Assembly: GCF_006345805.1 (NCBI RefSeq) | Contig: NC_042998.1 | Span: 10,478,001 to 10,542,000 of the forward strand | Reading direction: 5' to 3' | Source: Octopus sinensis | Lineage: Eukaryota | DNA length: 64,000 nucleotides | Shown here: in pieces, positions 62,054-64,000 of the stretch | Layout of the letters: each line of letters starts with the position of its first letter | Position numbering within the stretch: position 1 is the first letter of the stretch | Program-made: the position numbers and the translations under genes | Notes under the pieces: model-generated | The model's database searches: none | What the model was told of the DNA's origin: nothing | The model's input: only the letters and a program-made list of their open reading frames with translations

Positions 62054-63225
62054 CATCATTATCATTATTATTGCTATTATTATTCGGGAATCGAACTCGG
62101 AATCTTGAGGTTCGTAGCCCGCACTCTAGCCCGTGGGCAATTATGGAGTGAATTTTAGGGCTTGTAAATCTAATATTCTTCTATCCTTCCTTAATACCGG
62201 TTTCCATATGCTACTCATATCTGCACTCGGTCTGCTTTGGAGGTTATTATGTCCTAGCATGTGTGCTGTTTCTTTTAGTTTTCCTATTTTCCAACGGTGT
62301 TCTATGTCTATTATTTTAACTTCATCCCACAGGAGGAGGTGGTCTCCGTTTTTCCATATATGAGCAGCTATACCCGACTTATCAATATTTCCTCGTGTCA
62401 CAGTTTTGAGGGGGCGGCATGTTTCGCCTTTGTATAATCTACTACAGCTGTATGGGATGGAGTACACGCAGTCTTTGGTCATATTCTCTTCTATTGGTGG
62501 TTTAATTCGAAGGATATATTTGTGAAGTGCTGTATTACTCTTGAATACCGTCCTGATGTCATATGGGCCGCATATCTTTTATATCTTTTCAGTGAGGCCT
62601 TTCACATATAGGGTAGACAGACTGTTGCCAGTTTATGGGGTTCATCCTCTCTTCTCTTCATAACTGAAGTGGATAGTGTGTTTTGTGGGTAGTTGTTGCT
62701 TAATAGATTGTTACTCAGCTTGATCATTTCTTCGTGGTGATCGATACTTATATTCTTTGCTCGATGTTTTAGGCACTGAGCAATCCCTCCCTTTACACTG
62801 TATGGACGGTGGGAATTGAAGCTGAGGTATCGTCCAGTGAAGGTTGGCTTGCGGTATACGGATGTCCTGGATCCATACTTGGTGCGTGTCATTAATACGT
62901 CCAGGAATGCTAGCCGACTGTCATTTTCCTTTTCCATTGTGAACAGTATCGATGGCTTTATTGAGTTCACGCGTTCTAACAGTATTTGGACATCTTCCTG
63001 GTGGGGTCAGAGTATAAAGGTGTCATCAACATATTGCGGCCATAGGGTTGGTTTTAGTGGTGTTATCCTAAAGCCAAATTCTCAAAGTATTCAATGTATA
63101 TATTGGCTATTATCGGTGATAATGGCAAACCCACAGCTAAACCCGCTTCTTGTCAATATATATCAATGTCCATTCTGAAGTAGGTAGTTTCTATACAGAA
63201 GGTCAACAATTCCATCAAGTATCCA
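61840..63225 (-). mobile_element. Penelope-like element: RT C-half, GIY-YIG and broken terminal repeat
   Basis: YVDDTFIL, FTMEKENDSRLAFLDV, VYRKPTFTGRYLSFNSH, CVYSIPYSCSRLYKGET; canonical CTGATGA core at 61933-61939 with stem II deleted. Confidence 0.9.
61981..62135 (-). mobile_element. 5'-truncated tRNA-like SINE head plus (AAT)n inserted in the PLE 3' region
   Basis: gggctagagtgcgggctacgaacctcaagattccgagttcgattcccg followed by (AAT)n. Confidence 0.65.
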
Positions 63226-63280
63226 ATAGGAGTGCGGGTTACTAACCCTCAGACTCTGAGTTCGATTCCAGGCAGTGACT

Positions 63281-63344
<64 letters not shown>

Positions 63345-63940
63345 TGCAGTACCAGGCAGTGGCTCTCATGGCTTCTGATCTTAACTGATTGGAAGTGTTT
63401 ACCAGGCAGTGGCTCTCATGGCTTCTGATCTTAACTGATTGGAAGTGTTATCATGTACATTGTTTTGTCTTGGTATAAAAGATGGGCTACAGCAAATATT
63501 CTGCTCAATACCACAGATTTGCTTGTCAGTTGTTTGACCTTAACCAGTTGAGCATGTCCCTTAGTGGCTGACGATATGTGCATCTCTGATCACGAGCAGA
63601 AGTAGTGGGGGAGCATCATAGCCATGTGTTGAGAGGGATTCTTTGGGGTTGAATAGTTCACCTCTGGAAACATGGGTGGTTCTTTCAACATCCTTAAACA
63701 ACTCTTATTCAGGGACCGTTTGAGCGGGATGGGCTACTCAACCTGAAGAAAATTCTAAGTGGGCCCCACCTGCAAGGTCATGTGCTGTTTATCTTGATAT
63801 GAGATCACCATGTCGCGCACATATGGTTGTGATGCATGTGCCTGGTGTACCTTTATCAGACGGGTAGTCATGATGGGTATATTGGGTTTCGTATATTTTA
63901 CCCCAGTGTCACTTTGATGGCATGAACTGCTCTCTCACTC

Positions 63941-63979
<39 letters not shown>

Positions 63980-63980
63980 T
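63226..63980 (+). mobile_element. Long SINE-like element: partial tRNA-like head, internal (AAT)n, ~600-bp body, (AAT)n tail
   Basis: B box gagttcgattcc; head homologous to 62085-62135; 50-bp tandem duplication at 63351-63400 / 63401-63450. Confidence 0.7.
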
Positions 63981-64000
63981 AGCTATAAATTCCTTAGCAG

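Overview
Eukaryotic, AT-rich, repeat-saturated window with no intact protein-coding gene that I can identify. The SINE families and the (TA)n/(TATG)n/(TCTA)n microsatellites look like an octopod cephalopod genome; this is recognition from memory, not a database result. It reads as intronic or intergenic DNA. Contents: three abundant tRNA-headed SINE groups, six non-autonomous Helitrons, mariner elements (one full-length with TIRs), hAT-like and Merlin-like MITEs, and fragments of L1/Tx1, RTE, CRE, R4/Dong and Penelope-like (PLE) retroelements. Two signals are not explained by simple repeat annotation. (1) About ten short motifs, mostly in (TA)n-flanked PLE-type termini, fold as minimal type I hammerhead ribozymes with recurring non-canonical cores (CCGAnGA; UUGAAAA with a compensatory U3-A8 pair; CUGUAGA). 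(2) There is a high density of fold-back palindromes and local inversions (about 11), several centred on PLE termini or breaking LINEs into inverted pieces. A few splice-bounded open segments on the minus strand may be exons of an unidentified host gene (low confidence). Element boundaries are read by eye and may be off by a few bases; no searches or folding programs were run.
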